Shown: positions 26,845 through 38,110 of the stretch, one piece after another
Position numbering within the stretch: position 1 is the stretch's first letter
Layout: every line of letters begins with the position of its first letter
Assembly: GCA_965221165.1 (NCBI GenBank)
Contig: CBDCRP010000003.1
Coordinates: 1,088,001 to 1,152,000 of the forward strand
Source: a bacterium
GTDB lineage: Bacteria > UBA8248
DNA length: 64,000 nt
Reading direction: 5' to 3'
Made by a program: the position numbers and the translations under genes
Notes under the pieces: generated by a model
What the model was told of the DNA's origin: nothing
The model's input: the letters and a program-made list of their open reading frames with translations, nothing else
Database searches by the model: none

Positions 26845-28065
26845 TTGAAAATATTGCATCGATACATCCTGAACGAATTAATATCATATCTCCTCATATC
26901 CTTGTTTTTCCTTACATTTATGCTCCTGCTCCACAAAATGTTGCAATTTACGGATTTGGTGGTGAATCGTGGAGTGCCACTTTCGATTGTGGCGCAATTC
27001 CTTTTCACCGCTTTGCCTGTTCTTCTCTTGGTGACCCTCCCAATGTCCGCCCTCATTGCCAGCATCATGGTGTTTAGCCGCCTGTCGAGCGACAGCGAAT
27101 CCTTGGCAATGACCGTCTCCGGCATGAACCATTATTCTCAACTCATCCCTGTTGGAATGGTGGGTATCGCCACCGCCGTTTTGAGCGGATTCCTCATGAT
27201 ATTTGCTCTCCCCTGGAGTCAAAACGCCATCTCGGAGCTCAGCCAGCAGATGCTCCGCAGTCGAGCGGCCGCGTTCGATATTCGCGAACAAGTTTTCCAT
27301 GACAGTTTTGATGGAATCATGATCTATGTGCGAGAAGTCGATGAATCAGGTAAAACCATGAAAGGCATCGTCATTTCAGATACAAGAGAGAAAGGGAAGA
27401 ACCAAGTCATCTTTGCTGATCATGGAAGGCTCATCAAATCCCCCGGTTCCTCCAAGGTATGGCTGCACCTCGCCAACGGAACCGTTCACACGGCCAGCGA
27501 GTCCGAGAAAACCTTCAGCCAAAAAACAAGCACACATAATAATTCTTCTGCTCTTCCTAAAAATCACTATCAAATTGCTCGCTTCGGAAGCTACATTCTC
27601 CATTTGGACCTCACGAAGACCATCGGAAAAACAAAAGCACTCCGGACGAGTCTGCGATCTCTTCCACTAAATGAACTAAGAAGCAAATTAAAAGAACAAA
27701 AACCAGGAACCAGCAGATACAACGCCATTCTCGTGGAGTTGAACAAGAAATTCGGCGTTCCTTTCACATGCCTCGTCTTGGCTTTCTTAGGAGCGCCCCT
27801 CGGCGCACAAAACAGACGCTCGGGGCGCCACGGCGGTTTTGCCTTGAGCCTGAGCGTCTTGGTTCTCTATTACATGATCGTCACTTTCGCCGAAGGCATG
27901 GGAGAGAGTGGACAAATTAGCGCTTCGCTCGCCGTCTGGGGCCCTAACATATTTTTGGCCCTCCTCGCGGGGTATATGATACGAACCGTAGGGCGACGCA
28001 GCGCTATCGACATTCGGGGACTACTCCTGAAACCCGTCTTTTCTTTCATCCGAAATAAATCATAA
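26845..28065 (+). CDS. lptF: LPS export permease LptF
   Basis: KILHRYI, RLSSDSE..A...G, LGAPLG, WGPN; AGAGGA RBS before TTG 26845. Confidence 0.9.
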   Translation: MKILHRYILNELISYLLISLFFLTFMLLLHKMLQFTDLVVNRGVPLSIVAQFLFTALPVLLLVTLPMSALIASIMVFSRLSSDSESLAMTVSGMNHYSQLIPVGMVGIATAVLSGFLMIFALPWSQNAISELSQQMLRSRAAAFDIREQVFHDSFDGIMIYVREVDESGKTMKGIVISDTREKGKNQVIFADHGRLIKSPGSSKVWLHLANGTVHTASESEKTFSQKTSTHNNSSALPKNHYQIARFGSYILHLDLTKTIGKTKALRTSLRSLPLNELRSKLKEQKPGTSRYNAILVELNKKFGVPFTCLVLAFLGAPLGAQNRRSGRHGGFALSLSVLVLYYMIVTFAEGMGESGQISASLAVWGPNIFLALLAGYMIRTVGRRSAIDIRGLLLKPVFSFIRNKS

Positions 28066-28074
28066 ATTCCCGCC

Positions 28075-29163
28075 ATGAACATACTGAACCGCTATATCTT
28101 CAAGCAGTTCTTGAGAATGGTGTTTATTTGTCAGTCAGGAGCTATCACCCTTTTCCTAATTGCTGAGTTTATCGAACGAATTGACGATTTTATCGAAAAA
28201 AAAGCGACCCTGACCGATGGCGCCCTGTATTTCTTATACAAAATGCCCCATCTCGTTTTTCTCTCTGTTCCGCTCACCGTTCTGCTGGCGAGCACTTTCA
28301 CGCTGATTCTTTTCGCCAGAGAAAACCAGATCGTCGCCATGCGCGCCAACGGATTCAGCCTTTACCGAATCATTACACCCATTCTTGTCGCTAGCCTGGG
28401 AATCAGCCTCCTGGCCTTCTTGGGAAATGAATATATTGTTCCACTCGCTAACAAACGCGGAGAATACATCTGGCAAATCAACATCAAAAAAATCGGCTTG
28501 CGGACGCATACCCAGAGAGACAAAATCTGGTATCGTTCACAAAACAACACCATCTGGCAAATCACGCACTATAATCCATTTTCAGAAAAAATGAGGGACG
28601 TTACCCTATACCGTATGGATCAGCTCAATCGCTTAACGCAACGTATTGACGCAATTGAAGCGGTTTGGCGGCCCGTGAAAAAACATTGGGAATTCCACCA
28701 AGGCGTGATCCATGACTTTGCGGGTGAGGGGAAAATCAAACAAGAAACTTTCGAGAAAAAAGTTTTCATGCTCACGGAAAAGCCGGAAGATTTCAAAAAA
28801 ACAGGCAGAAATCCAGAGACGATGAATTATCAGGAACTCAGTCGCTACATTGAGAACTTGAGGAAAAGCGGAGTGGACCCTAATCGCTATGTCGTAGATA
28901 TGTGGGCCAAAATTTCCGCTCCTTTTATAAGTTTCGTATTGGCCCTGGTGGGTGTGCCCTTCTCTATTCGAAACAGCAGAAACGGAGGAGTTGCTCTAGG
29001 AGTCGCTATCGCCATTGGAATCGGTGCTATCTATCTCGTTCTTTTCCATGCGAGCCTTTCGTTCGGACATGCCGGACGCCTGCCACCTATCCTGGCAGCT
29101 TGGGGACCTAATGCCATTTTCCTCGCAGGAGGCGCCTATTTGCTCACTTCCATAAGAGCATAA
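28075..29163 (+). CDS. lptG: LPS export permease LptG
   Basis: ILNRYI, ENQIVAMRANG, PETMNYQEL, LPPILAAWGPN; tandem with lptF. Confidence 0.9.
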   Translation: MNILNRYIFKQFLRMVFICQSGAITLFLIAEFIERIDDFIEKKATLTDGALYFLYKMPHLVFLSVPLTVLLASTFTLILFARENQIVAMRANGFSLYRIITPILVASLGISLLAFLGNEYIVPLANKRGEYIWQINIKKIGLRTHTQRDKIWYRSQNNTIWQITHYNPFSEKMRDVTLYRMDQLNRLTQRIDAIEAVWRPVKKHWEFHQGVIHDFAGEGKIKQETFEKKVFMLTEKPEDFKKTGRNPETMNYQELSRYIENLRKSGVDPNRYVVDMWAKISAPFISFVLALVGVPFSIRNSRNGGVALGVAIAIGIGAIYLVLFHASLSFGHAGRLPPILAAWGPNAIFLAGGAYLLTSIRA

Positions 29164-29172
29164 CCCGCCCTT

Positions 29173-30258
29173 TCAAGATGAAAACACTTTCTTATCGAGC
29201 AAGGCTGTTAAATTCGCATCTTCATTGATTTTCATCATCACCCGGAGGATACGAAATGGCACCTTGCCTAACAAAGTCGACAACTTTACCGCATCTTTCT
29301 CTGTGGTCAGAATAAAATCGGCCCCTGTTTTCTTCAGCGACGAAATGAGCCGCACGCCATCCGCCAAAGCATAGTGGGTATGATCTGGATATTCATGGTG
29401 TACCAGGAGCTCGACATTCAACGATTCAAGCATTTTCTCGAAACCATGCGGATTTCCCAATCCGCTCACGGCAACTACTTTAGCGCCCTTGAGTTCATCT
29501 GGCATACCTATTTTTTCACCTCGTGAATCCAGGAGCGAATCGGGTTCAAGGCGTCCGGTGAAAATAGGGATATCTGCCACAAGAGACTGAATCTCCTTTC
29601 TCGTGCGATCGGCACATTCACCCGTCACTAAAACGGCATCTGCACGTTTTAGGGCCGAAACCGGTTCTCGAAGAATTCCTGCGGGAATCACCCTGCCATT
29701 TCCAAAAGGATAATCTCCGCGTAAGAGCACCACATCTATATCCCGACAAAGCGATAGATGTTGAAAGCCATCGTCGAGCACAACAACATCCGCTCCGAAT
29801 TCCTCCGCCGCCTTTTCGGCGACTAAAGAGCGGTCTGCGCCCGTTAAAATAGGAAGGTCAGGGTATCGCCGGGCGAGCATTGCCGCCTCATCCGCGGCTG
29901 GTGGCCCTGACATCAGACTACCCTTGCCATCGCTGACAACCATCACATCCTTAGGCCTTCCGCCATAGCCCCTACTTACTACAGCAGGCTTTCGTCCTTT
30001 TGAGAGCAGTTTTTCCAATATCCAGGCAACGGTGGGCGTTTTACCCGTCCCACCAAGCACAAGATTACCAATAGAAATGACAGGTACGGAATTTTTCATC
30101 ACATGGGCTTTGCCAGCTTCATAGCGCTGGCGCCGATACGCCATTGCCGCGCCATAGATACTCCCCAAGGGCTTGAAACCCTTTGTCAACACACGAGACC
30201 AAACCGGGGATAACGGATTATCCTCCCAAGCCATCAAAATGCCGCGTCGAAAACTCAT
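29173..30258 (-). CDS. lpxK: Tetraacyldisaccharide 4'-kinase
   Basis: VISIGNLVLGGTGKTP, SRGYG, LDDGFQH, PAGILRE, YPDH, TTEKDAVK. Confidence 0.95.
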   Translation of the reverse strand: MSFRRGILMAWEDNPLSPVWSRVLTKGFKPLGSIYGAAMAYRRQRYEAGKAHVMKNSVPVISIGNLVLGGTGKTPTVAWILEKLLSKGRKPAVVSRGYGGRPKDVMVVSDGKGSLMSGPPAADEAAMLARRYPDLPILTGADRSLVAEKAAEEFGADVVVLDDGFQHLSLCRDIDVVLLRGDYPFGNGRVIPAGILREPVSALKRADAVLVTGECADRTRKEIQSLVADIPIFTGRLEPDSLLDSRGEKIGMPDELKGAKVVAVSGLGNPHGFEKMLESLNVELLVHHEYPDHTHYALADGVRLISSLKKTGADFILTTEKDAVKLSTLLGKVPFRILRVMMKINEDANLTALLDKKVFSS

Positions 30259-31538
30259 GCGGCTCCCCCATTCGATTCCGCCAAAATTTGAACGATATAT
30301 TCCGCGGTTCGCTCGGCAGCGCCTTGGTTGTTCTGCACTACTTGACAAGCCGCTTCACCCGCCCGTTTTCGAGATATCGGATCATTCAACCATTTCACGA
30401 CGGCCGCCTCTATGTCTTTCCGCTCGCTTAGTTGAATCACGCCGCCTTTTTCCAGCATCTCGCGGATCACTTCCCCGAAATTATCCATATAAGGGCCACA
30501 CAGACATGGCACGGCCCAGCGCGCCGCTTCTATCGGGTTCTGGCCACCATGGCGAATAAAACTTCCCCCGATAATCGCTATCGTCGCGCACGCATACGCA
30601 TCTGCGAGTTCACCCATCACATCCAGGATGACAACCTGATGCTCACCGCCCGTATTTTTTATGTCGCTCCAGCGCACGGGAGAAATGCCTGAGTCTTGCA
30701 AGACTGTTTCTACCTGGGCCACTCTTTCCAGATGGCGCGGCGCCAGAAGTAGACCCACCCCGGGCATTTTCCGATGAATGGATGATAACACCTCTCCAAT
30801 CAGTTTCTCTTCTCCAGCGTGCGTACTGCCCGCCACAATGACGTGCTCACAAGCGCTTAGACCATATGAGCGAGACGAAGGCCCCCGAACCGGCAAGGGC
30901 ATATCATATTTGATGTTCCCGAAAACTCGAACAGAAATTGCCCCCAAATCCAAAAACCGTTCGGCATCACTTTCTTCACGCACCAACACATCCCTTAAAC
31001 ACTTCAAGATCGAGGAAAAGAAAAACTGAAATCGCTTGTAACTACGATACGAACGCTCAGAAAGCCTCCCGTTGATAATAAATACAGGGATATTTTGTCT
31101 TTCGGCTTCAACCACGAGATTCGGCCATATTTCCGTTTCTATGAGCGCAATCATAGAAGGTTGAATCCGCCTCAAAGCGGAGCGGACAACTATAGAGAAA
31201 TCAAGCGGCAAGTAAATCAGTTGCTCGACCCCGGATATTTTTTGGGCTTCATTTCTTCCTGTTTGGGTGACTGTGGAAAGAACAATTTTCAGTTCTGGCT
31301 TCATTCTTAAAAGGACGGGTATCAAGACAGCGGCCACACCCACTTCCCCTACGGATACGGCATGCAACCAAAGACGCTCTCCCACCGCATCGGGCAACTT
31401 CGGAGGAAACCCGAACCTTTGACGAACAGTTTGAAGTCTGAACCCACGGAGCCACAGACGAATCAGAAAATATACGAGCAAAACAGGCGAGATGAGAAGA
31501 AGAATAACATTGTAGAGAAACAGCATGGGCGGTTTCAC
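30255..31538 (-). CDS. waaA: Kdo transferase
   Basis: WLHAVSVGE, ETEIWPN, NGRLS, GSTH, APRH, GGQNPIE. Confidence 0.95.
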   Translation of the reverse strand: MKPPMLFLYNVILLLISPVLLVYFLIRLWLRGFRLQTVRQRFGFPPKLPDAVGERLWLHAVSVGEVGVAAVLIPVLLRMKPELKIVLSTVTQTGRNEAQKISGVEQLIYLPLDFSIVVRSALRRIQPSMIALIETEIWPNLVVEAERQNIPVFIINGRLSERSYRSYKRFQFFFSSILKCLRDVLVREESDAERFLDLGAISVRVFGNIKYDMPLPVRGPSSRSYGLSACEHVIVAGSTHAGEEKLIGEVLSSIHRKMPGVGLLLAPRHLERVAQVETVLQDSGISPVRWSDIKNTGGEHQVVILDVMGELADAYACATIAIIGGSFIRHGGQNPIEAARWAVPCLCGPYMDNFGEVIREMLEKGGVIQLSERKDIEAAVVKWLNDPISRKRAGEAACQVVQNNQGAAERTAEYIVQILAESNGGAA

Positions 31539-32263
31539 TTCTCTGCTGGGTTTTCCAGATAAGATTTGGCCTCTTCATTCGCATGGATGAGCCGTTTTTC
31601 TATTTCCGCGCGTTTTGACTCCAATATGCTCTCATCCCGGGTACGCGGGACATCCAGCGGCTCTCCACAACAGACAGAGATCTTCCCGAAAGGTAGGGGG
31701 AAAATCGTCCTGTCCCATGTCGGGATGGTGAAAAAGCGAGATGCCGCAAAAGCGACCGGGCAAATTTGATAGCCCGTTATACTTGCCAAATAAACTAGTC
31801 CCATTTTTACTCTCTCCGGTGGACCTTGTGGTCCATCTGGCGTGACGAAAATCTGGTGTCCTTTTTTCGCCACTCTGACCATTTGTCGAAACGCAACGGC
31901 TCCGCCTTTGTCTCGTCCATCCAGCGAAGAAGAAGAACCTCTTACACAATGCGTGTAGAGTCGGGAGACCACTTGGGCGAGTAATTCTCCATCCCGGCTT
32001 CTGCTCGCCATACATGTACGGTCATAATTGTCCGGCAAGAAAAAAGAAACCAACCCCAAGTGATGATGCCAGACCGCCCAAATATACTTTTCATGGGGCG
32101 CATCGATCACTTTGTCATGAAAATCCGTTTTCGGAGAGACCATTGTTGAAGTAGCGTAGACCGCTTTCAAATAACTCGCGATGGCCATACCGCCTAGCCA
32201 AACCGAAAGAGGCGCGTCGGGATCACGTCCCCATTCATCATAGGTGATCGTATTTTCATGCAT
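31535..32263 (-). CDS. DUF374 lysophospholipid acyltransferase (LpxJ-like)
   Basis: WH, SRSRDGE, VRGSSS, TPDGPQGP, TWD..FPLPF. Confidence 0.85.
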   Translation of the reverse strand: MHENTITYDEWGRDPDAPLSVWLGGMAIASYLKAVYATSTMVSPKTDFHDKVIDAPHEKYIWAVWHHHLGLVSFFLPDNYDRTCMASRSRDGELLAQVVSRLYTHCVRGSSSSLDGRDKGGAVAFRQMVRVAKKGHQIFVTPDGPQGPPERVKMGLVYLASITGYQICPVAFAASRFFTIPTWDRTIFPLPFGKISVCCGEPLDVPRTRDESILESKRAEIEKRLIHANEEAKSYLENPAEK

Positions 32264-33443
32264 TCTGCGTGTCCTGTGCACCAAAGCCGAGCTCTGTTGC
32301 TATATGCGTCGCGGCACACGCATAGGGACTCACTCCTTTCAAAGCGTTTTGAATTCTCTCAAACGCTTTGATTTGCCTTGCTCGGACATCATCATTCCAA
32401 AATACTTCTCTCAACGCATTCGCAATAGGTTGTGGGCGCGCCTGTTTTTGGCACAATTCGGGGACCGCCTCATATCCGGACAATAAATTCACAAGGCTAA
32501 TATAATCCACTTGAATTAAGAAATACTTGCTCAACAGATACGAAAGTATATCCCCGGCATATAAAACAACCATCGGCACACCCAAAAGGGCTGTCTCCAG
32601 CGAAGCCGTGCCACTTGCCACGACTACGACATCGGCCGCGCGAATCACTTTTTTTGAATCGCCCCTGATAGTCCGTATTTCGACTCCCGATGACTTCAAT
32701 CGATTCGAAACATACCCCTCGGGCAATGAAATCGCCTCTGAAATCAAAAAGCGCATCCAAGGTGTTTCCGCATGGATTATCTTGAGAGCATCCACCATGG
32801 CATCCATATGAAAATCAATTTCTTTGAGCCGACTCCCAGGTAGAAGTGAAATCACCTTGTCGTTCATCGGTATGTTCAATGAGCGTCGAGCCATTGCTTT
32901 AGAAGGTGCATCTCTGAGCTCGTAGGCGATGGGATTACCGATAAACATGGCTCTTCCACCTAAATCATTAAAAATTCGAGGCTCAAACGGAAATATGTTC
33001 AAGGCCAGATCAAAAACATCTACAATGGTGCGGGCACGGCCTTTCCACCAGGCCCATACCTGGGGGGTGATGAAATATATGCACTTCGGCGGTTGCGTCA
33101 GGGCGCGCACCGAGCGCGCGCAAGAAAGATTGAATCCCGGGTAATCTACAAAAATTACCGCTTGTGGCTTTTGCTCTCCAATTTTCTCCAGCAAATCTCT
33201 TTTAATTTTTCGCAGCTTGGGATAAATGCGGGGAATGCCGGCGAAACCAACGATAGATATGTCACCGATGTTGTGAATGAGGTCGACGCCTGCCTCGGCC
33301 ATCGATCGCCCACCCATGCCGGATACCTGGAGATTGGGAATCTTAGCGGAAAGCGCATTCACTAAATTCGCGGCGTGAATATCTCCAGACGGCTCTCCAG
33401 CGACCACCATGATGCCGTTTGCGCAGTTTTCATCCTTGCTCAT
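32256..33443 (-). CDS. lpxB: Lipid-A-disaccharide synthase
   Basis: VAGEPSGD, DYPGFN, PQVWAW, LLPGSR..E, ASGTASLE, PEL.Q. Confidence 0.95.
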   Translation of the reverse strand: MSKDENCANGIMVVAGEPSGDIHAANLVNALSAKIPNLQVSGMGGRSMAEAGVDLIHNIGDISIVGFAGIPRIYPKLRKIKRDLLEKIGEQKPQAVIFVDYPGFNLSCARSVRALTQPPKCIYFITPQVWAWWKGRARTIVDVFDLALNIFPFEPRIFNDLGGRAMFIGNPIAYELRDAPSKAMARRSLNIPMNDKVISLLPGSRLKEIDFHMDAMVDALKIIHAETPWMRFLISEAISLPEGYVSNRLKSSGVEIRTIRGDSKKVIRAADVVVVASGTASLETALLGVPMVVLYAGDILSYLLSKYFLIQVDYISLVNLLSGYEAVPELCQKQARPQPIANALREVFWNDDVRARQIKAFERIQNALKGVSPYACAATHIATELGFGAQDTQNA

Positions 33444-34260
33444 TTTCCGACCACCCGACAACGACGATGCCAGTTGCGTCGGCTTCCCGTGCGAAACGCT
33501 CACGATCGATGAGAAAAGTTCGGCCGGCCTCCAAGATCAACGCCGACGCACCACCCTCGCGCATCACGTGCAACGTCTCGGGCCCGACTGAGGGTACATC
33601 GTAGCGCATATCCTGTTTGGGGCGAGCCACCTTGCAAACAACAGCCCCTTTTCCAGCAAGAGAACACCCTCTTCGAATCGCCTCATCCGTACCTTCCACC
33701 CCCTCCACGGCAACCACAGTCCCTTTATGGACCACCACAGTTTGGCCTATCTCTAACGCCGCAACACTTCGGGCTATCTGAAACGCATACTCCATATTTT
33801 TTCGTTGATTCTGGCGCAATTTCTTTTTTGTAATAGCCCCACGGGGAGTAATGAGATGTTCCAGATACTCTGTTTGTGGAACCACCTTCATCCCATTTTC
33901 TTCCATAAGCTCCATAACAGCATTCATTATCGTTGCATCGGCCATATTCTTGGCATTCTTCATGAAGCGCAGAGCCGTCAGATCGAAACGTAAAGATTGG
34001 AATAAGAGGCTTTTCTCAACCTTCCCCACGAACCCTATTTCCCCAACATTCTTGTCACTGAAAAACCGGATGATTTTCTTTGGCTGGGTAGGAGGAATGT
34101 GGGAGACGAAATCCGCTTCGCCCGATAATGTATCCTTTATCTCAGAGGACAAAGCCACCACGGACACATGCTTACCCCGCTCTTTCGCACAGGAAACAAA
34201 CTCAGAGGACAACGTTCCCGAACCTGCGATTAGGCCAATTCTTTCTTGGGAATCCGGCAT
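33430..34260 (-). CDS. lpxI: UDP-2,3-diacylglucosamine hydrolase LpxI
   Basis: IGLIAGSG, EIGQTVV, AVEGVEGTD..I.R, QDMRYDVP.VG. Confidence 0.92.
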   Translation of the reverse strand: MPDSQERIGLIAGSGTLSSEFVSCAKERGKHVSVVALSSEIKDTLSGEADFVSHIPPTQPKKIIRFFSDKNVGEIGFVGKVEKSLLFQSLRFDLTALRFMKNAKNMADATIMNAVMELMEENGMKVVPQTEYLEHLITPRGAITKKKLRQNQRKNMEYAFQIARSVAALEIGQTVVVHKGTVVAVEGVEGTDEAIRRGCSLAGKGAVVCKVARPKQDMRYDVPSVGPETLHVMREGGASALILEAGRTFLIDRERFAREADATGIVVVGWSENEQG

Positions 34261-34267
34261 GGAAGTT

Positions 34268-35239
34268 TTAGAGCGTCGAGGACATGGATTTTTTCAGCAT
34301 CCCTACAACACGAATGGCGATATCCAGAGACCGCAATTCTTTTTCCGGCTCAGAAACAACATCCAAGACCTGTACCGATTGTAAGAAATGCCGCAATTCC
34401 AGTTTGAGCGGATTGCCTTTATGGACAAATACCCTTTCCACTTGAAATTGTTCGCGATACTTGAGTTCTTCACGTGTCAAATGATGTTCGCTCATCGCTT
34501 GGCGATGAATTCTGAGTTCTTGGTCTGCGTAATCAAGCGTAATGAACGCATCCGGTTGTGATACGGAGAGTGTTCTGATCTTATTCTGTGTCACCCGGCT
34601 CGCGGTAAGATTCGCCACACATCCACTGGCGAAGCAAATCTGCACATTCGCCACGTCATCTCGCTCAGACAAAACACTGGCACCGGTTGCCGACAGTAAA
34701 TCAATTTGCTCATCCACCAGCCGCAAGACGATGTCGAGATCATGAATCATCAAGTCAAGCACAACGCCGTCTTCTCTCACCCTCGGCGTGAAGGGCCCTA
34801 GCCTGCGGCATTCAATCAGGGTGGGAGCGTCCACAATGTTGCCCAACTCCTGCACAGCTCCATTAAAGCGCTCCACATGGCCAATGTGAAGAACCAAATT
34901 GCTTTGGGTTGCCAAGTCAAATAATTTCCGGGCGTCTTCCATCGTTGTGCAAATGGGTTTCTCCACCAGCACATGCACGCCATTCTCGAGGAATATCCGA
35001 GACACTTCAAAATGCTGCAAGGTAGGAACAGCGATAGTAACTGCATCTACACAGTCGATAAGATCGGCTGGATCAGAAAACGCCTTCGTCCCATATCTAT
35101 CAGACAATTCCTGAGCGCGACTGGCATCCAAATCACAAACAGCCGCTAGATTCGCCTCCAAAAGTTCGGAAAGCGCAGCTACATGATAACTCCCCATATG
35201 GCCAACGCCGACGACGCCAACTCGCAGAGGATCCAGCAT
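34268..35239 (-). CDS. gnnA: Gfo/Idh/MocA oxidoreductase, GnnA-like
   Basis: GVVGVGHMG, VEKP, GHVERFN, DLMIHDLD, TASRV; located between lpxA and lpxB. Confidence 0.65.
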   Translation of the reverse strand: MLDPLRVGVVGVGHMGSYHVAALSELLEANLAAVCDLDASRAQELSDRYGTKAFSDPADLIDCVDAVTIAVPTLQHFEVSRIFLENGVHVLVEKPICTTMEDARKLFDLATQSNLVLHIGHVERFNGAVQELGNIVDAPTLIECRRLGPFTPRVREDGVVLDLMIHDLDIVLRLVDEQIDLLSATGASVLSERDDVANVQICFASGCVANLTASRVTQNKIRTLSVSQPDAFITLDYADQELRIHRQAMSEHHLTREELKYREQFQVERVFVHKGNPLKLELRHFLQSVQVLDVVSEPEKELRSLDIAIRVVGMLKKSMSSTL

Positions 35240-35268
35240 GGGCTTTTAACCTCGCAAAAAACTTACAC

Positions 35269-36051
35269 TTACACGCGGCCTTGATAGATGCCATTCTTCG
35301 AATTCCGCACGAATTCTACCACGGATTGAATTTCCGCTCCTAATGGCACCTGCGCTTCTATTTTCTCTATTTTTTGCGCCATCGTACCCGGTTCGTTGAA
35401 AAGGATTTTGTACGCCCTTTTTATATCCGCTCTCACTTCAGCCGAAACGCCGTTTCTCCGCAAACCAACCACATTCAATCCAATGACACGCAGAGGGTCA
35501 TCTGCCATCTTGACGAATGGAGGCACATCTTTTCTCGCCGCAGCGGGGCCCACCACAATCGAACCCTCTCCAACTCGCATATACTGATGCACGCCAATGA
35601 AGTTAGATATGAAACATTTATTCCCGACTTCCACATGTCCCCCCAAAGAACAATGGTTCACCAAGATCGACTGATCACCTACACGGCAATCGTGGCCCAC
35701 ATGCGCACCGACCATGATGTAGCATTTCCTGCCTAGTATCGTGTTTTGGCCCTGATACATAGAGCGATGAATTGTCGCTGTTTCACGGACAATAGTGCCT
35801 GCTCCGATTTCAACCCCACCTGAATCCGACGGCAAATCGACAACTTGCGCTTCTAAGCCGATGACGGCATTCGGAAAAATCCGACACCCCTCACCTATAA
35901 CGGCAGGCCCCTGAATGGTTGCATTCGGACCGATTTCACATCCATCTCGAAGAATTACATTTGCGCCGATAAAAGCACCTGGTCCGATTTTCAAATCCTG
36001 CCCGAGTTGCGCTGCCGGGTTGATATTCGAAGTGGGGGCTATATCGTTCAA
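35269..36051 (-). CDS. lpxA: UDP-GlcNAc acyltransferase
   Basis: Hexapeptide repeats, TIHR, HVGHDC, GHVEVG, VHQ, KDVPP, GLNVVGLRR. Confidence 0.93.
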   Translation of the reverse strand: MNDIAPTSNINPAAQLGQDLKIGPGAFIGANVILRDGCEIGPNATIQGPAVIGEGCRIFPNAVIGLEAQVVDLPSDSGGVEIGAGTIVRETATIHRSMYQGQNTILGRKCYIMVGAHVGHDCRVGDQSILVNHCSLGGHVEVGNKCFISNFIGVHQYMRVGEGSIVVGPAAARKDVPPFVKMADDPLRVIGLNVVGLRRNGVSAEVRADIKRAYKILFNEPGTMAQKIEKIEAQVPLGAEIQSVVEFVRNSKNGIYQGRV

Positions 36052-36054
36052 TGT

Positions 36055-36495
36055 CTATTGGGATCGGGGAATAGCATAGGCGGTGAAAAGACCTTCGACG
36101 GCTATCTGACCCCCTGCAAATGCTCGCCCTTCAAACTTCCACAGCGTCCTTTTGTTTTTCAAGAGTTTTGCGTGCAACTGCAACAAATCTCCGGGAACAA
36201 CCGGACGTCTGAATTTTACCTGCTCGATGCCAGTGAAGAAAAATTCAGCCCCTGGGTCGATCAATTTCAACTCAAAAAGGCAAATCAAACCGGTTTGCGC
36301 CAACGCCTCTATGATCAATACACCCGGCATGATGGGATTGCCAGGGAAATGACCCTCTAAATATGGTTCATCTTTGGTGATATTCTTCTGGGCTACGATA
36401 GAAATTTCTTCCGGGTCAAGCTCTGTTACCCGATCAACCAATAGAAACGGATCTCTGTGTGGGATTATTTCCTGTATCCGCTGACTATCCATCAT
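36055..36495 (-). CDS. fabZ: 3-hydroxyacyl-ACP dehydratase
   Basis: [39 protein letters not shown]. Confidence 0.96.
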   Translation of the reverse strand: MMDSQRIQEIIPHRDPFLLVDRVTELDPEEISIVAQKNITKDEPYLEGHFPGNPIMPGVLIIEALAQTGLICLFELKLIDPGAEFFFTGIEQVKFRRPVVPGDLLQLHAKLLKNKRTLWKFEGRAFAGGQIAVEGLFTAYAIPRSQ

Positions 36496-37499
36496 GATTC
36501 TAATTTACCAATCTTTCTTTCGAGTTCATTTATTTTTTCTGCTATCCTCGGCAAATTCCTCAAAACCGCAATTCGCCTGCGCGCATCACGAATTTCTGTC
36601 GCAGGAGCGTGGAGATACACCTTCCCTCCTTCTAAACTCTTCGGCACACCGGTTCCCGCTCCTAGTTTCGCACCATCTCCGATTTCAACATGATCAGCCA
36701 CCCCGACATTGCCGCCCATCATGACGCCTCGACCAATTTTCGCGCTACCCGAGATGCCTACCTGGCTCGCTAATATGCAATCCTCGCCAATAACGACATT
36801 GTGAGCGATTTGCACCAGGTTGTCGATTTTCGTGCCACGGCCGATTCTCGTTTCTCTTAGAGTGGCCCGATCGATTGTGCTGTTCGCCCCGATTTCCACA
36901 TCGTCCTCAATGACGACCGTGCCCGTTTGCGGGTATTTGAAAGTACGACCCTCCTCATCGGGAATATATCCAAATCCATCTGAACCGACGACAACTCCCG
37001 CATGAAGAATAACTCTGGACCATATCTCCACATCAGCATACAAAACACAATTAGGGTATATGTAACATTCAGAACCTATCCTCACGTTTTGGTCGATATG
37101 CACACCCGCCCCGATGTAGGAATCATCACCCACCACAACACCACTGGCAAGAGATGCAAATGGCCCTACATATACACCGTCTCCCACACGGGCCGTATCA
37201 GAGATGCTGGCGTTGGCGTCAATCCCGGGCTGGAATTTTTGAGGTGGGCGGAACAACAAGACCGCGCGGGCGAAAGATAAACGAGGGTTTTTCGTAGAAA
37301 TACATGGACGACCAGTTTCCAGTCCATGAGGAACGATAAGGGCACCCGCATCAGAGTGTGTACTAAGCTTTTTCGCTGACTCCACATAGCTCAAATCTTT
37401 TGGCGAGGCCTTTTCATATTCGGCTACATCCTGGACATCTACGTTTCCGTCGCCAATCAATTCCCCGCCAAGCAGATTCGCGATCTCTGCCAGAAACAT
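36492..37499 (-). CDS. lpxD: UDP-3-O-acylglucosamine N-acyltransferase
   Basis: [36 protein letters not shown]. Confidence 0.96.
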   Translation of the reverse strand: MFLAEIANLLGGELIGDGNVDVQDVAEYEKASPKDLSYVESAKKLSTHSDAGALIVPHGLETGRPCISTKNPRLSFARAVLLFRPPQKFQPGIDANASISDTARVGDGVYVGPFASLASGVVVGDDSYIGAGVHIDQNVRIGSECYIYPNCVLYADVEIWSRVILHAGVVVGSDGFGYIPDEEGRTFKYPQTGTVVIEDDVEIGANSTIDRATLRETRIGRGTKIDNLVQIAHNVVIGEDCILASQVGISGSAKIGRGVMMGGNVGVADHVEIGDGAKLGAGTGVPKSLEGGKVYLHAPATEIRDARRRIAVLRNLPRIAEKINELERKIGKLES

Positions 37500-37500
37500 T

Positions 37501-38070
37501 TCATTTCTTCTTCTGATCGTACAGCTTTATCACCTTTTCCGTCAGATCCACTCCCGGAGTATAAAACAAAACACCGCCAGAGGTACTGTCTACAATAACA
37601 TCCAAACCTTCTTGCTTTCCAAGTTCACTAACAATATCTTTCACCTCTTTTAGTACCTTTGTCACGGCCATCCTTCGGCGCTCTTCAAGATCTCGTTGGC
37701 TCTCCCGCAACAATCGCCTCAGATTATCCTGCTCGCGAGAGAGATCCCTCCTTTGGGATCGCAACTCGAACGCCTTGCGCTCTTTTTCCTCTTGGCGCCA
37801 AATCGCGCTTTTCTGGTCGATCTCCAATTGCAAATCACGCACTTTATTCGCAATTTGAGCCAAATCATTGCGCCTTTTCCGAATCGTGGTTTCGAGCCTC
37901 TTTTTCTCTCTGTCCAAAGACGAACTCGCGGCCCGTCCGCTTTTTGAAATTCGCAATACGCGCTGAATATTGACAACGCCATATTTCGCATTGGCCGATT
38001 CCACATCACCGGCATAAGCAAAGACAAAAAATATCGATACGAGCAAAATCGATAGTCCAAAACCCTTCAC
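37501..38070 (-). CDS. skp: OmpH/Skp chaperone
   Basis: Signal peptide, GVVNIQRVL, coiled coil, VLFY...DLTEKVI; between bamA and lpxD. Confidence 0.9.
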   Translation of the reverse strand: MKGFGLSILLVSIFFVFAYAGDVESANAKYGVVNIQRVLRISKSGRAASSSLDREKKRLETTIRKRRNDLAQIANKVRDLQLEIDQKSAIWRQEEKERKAFELRSQRRDLSREQDNLRRLLRESQRDLEERRRMAVTKVLKEVKDIVSELGKQEGLDVIVDSTSGGVLFYTPGVDLTEKVIKLYDQKKK

Positions 38071-38110
38071 CTAAACATCCTCCGTACCAAAGGCAATATC
38101 GGCAAACACC

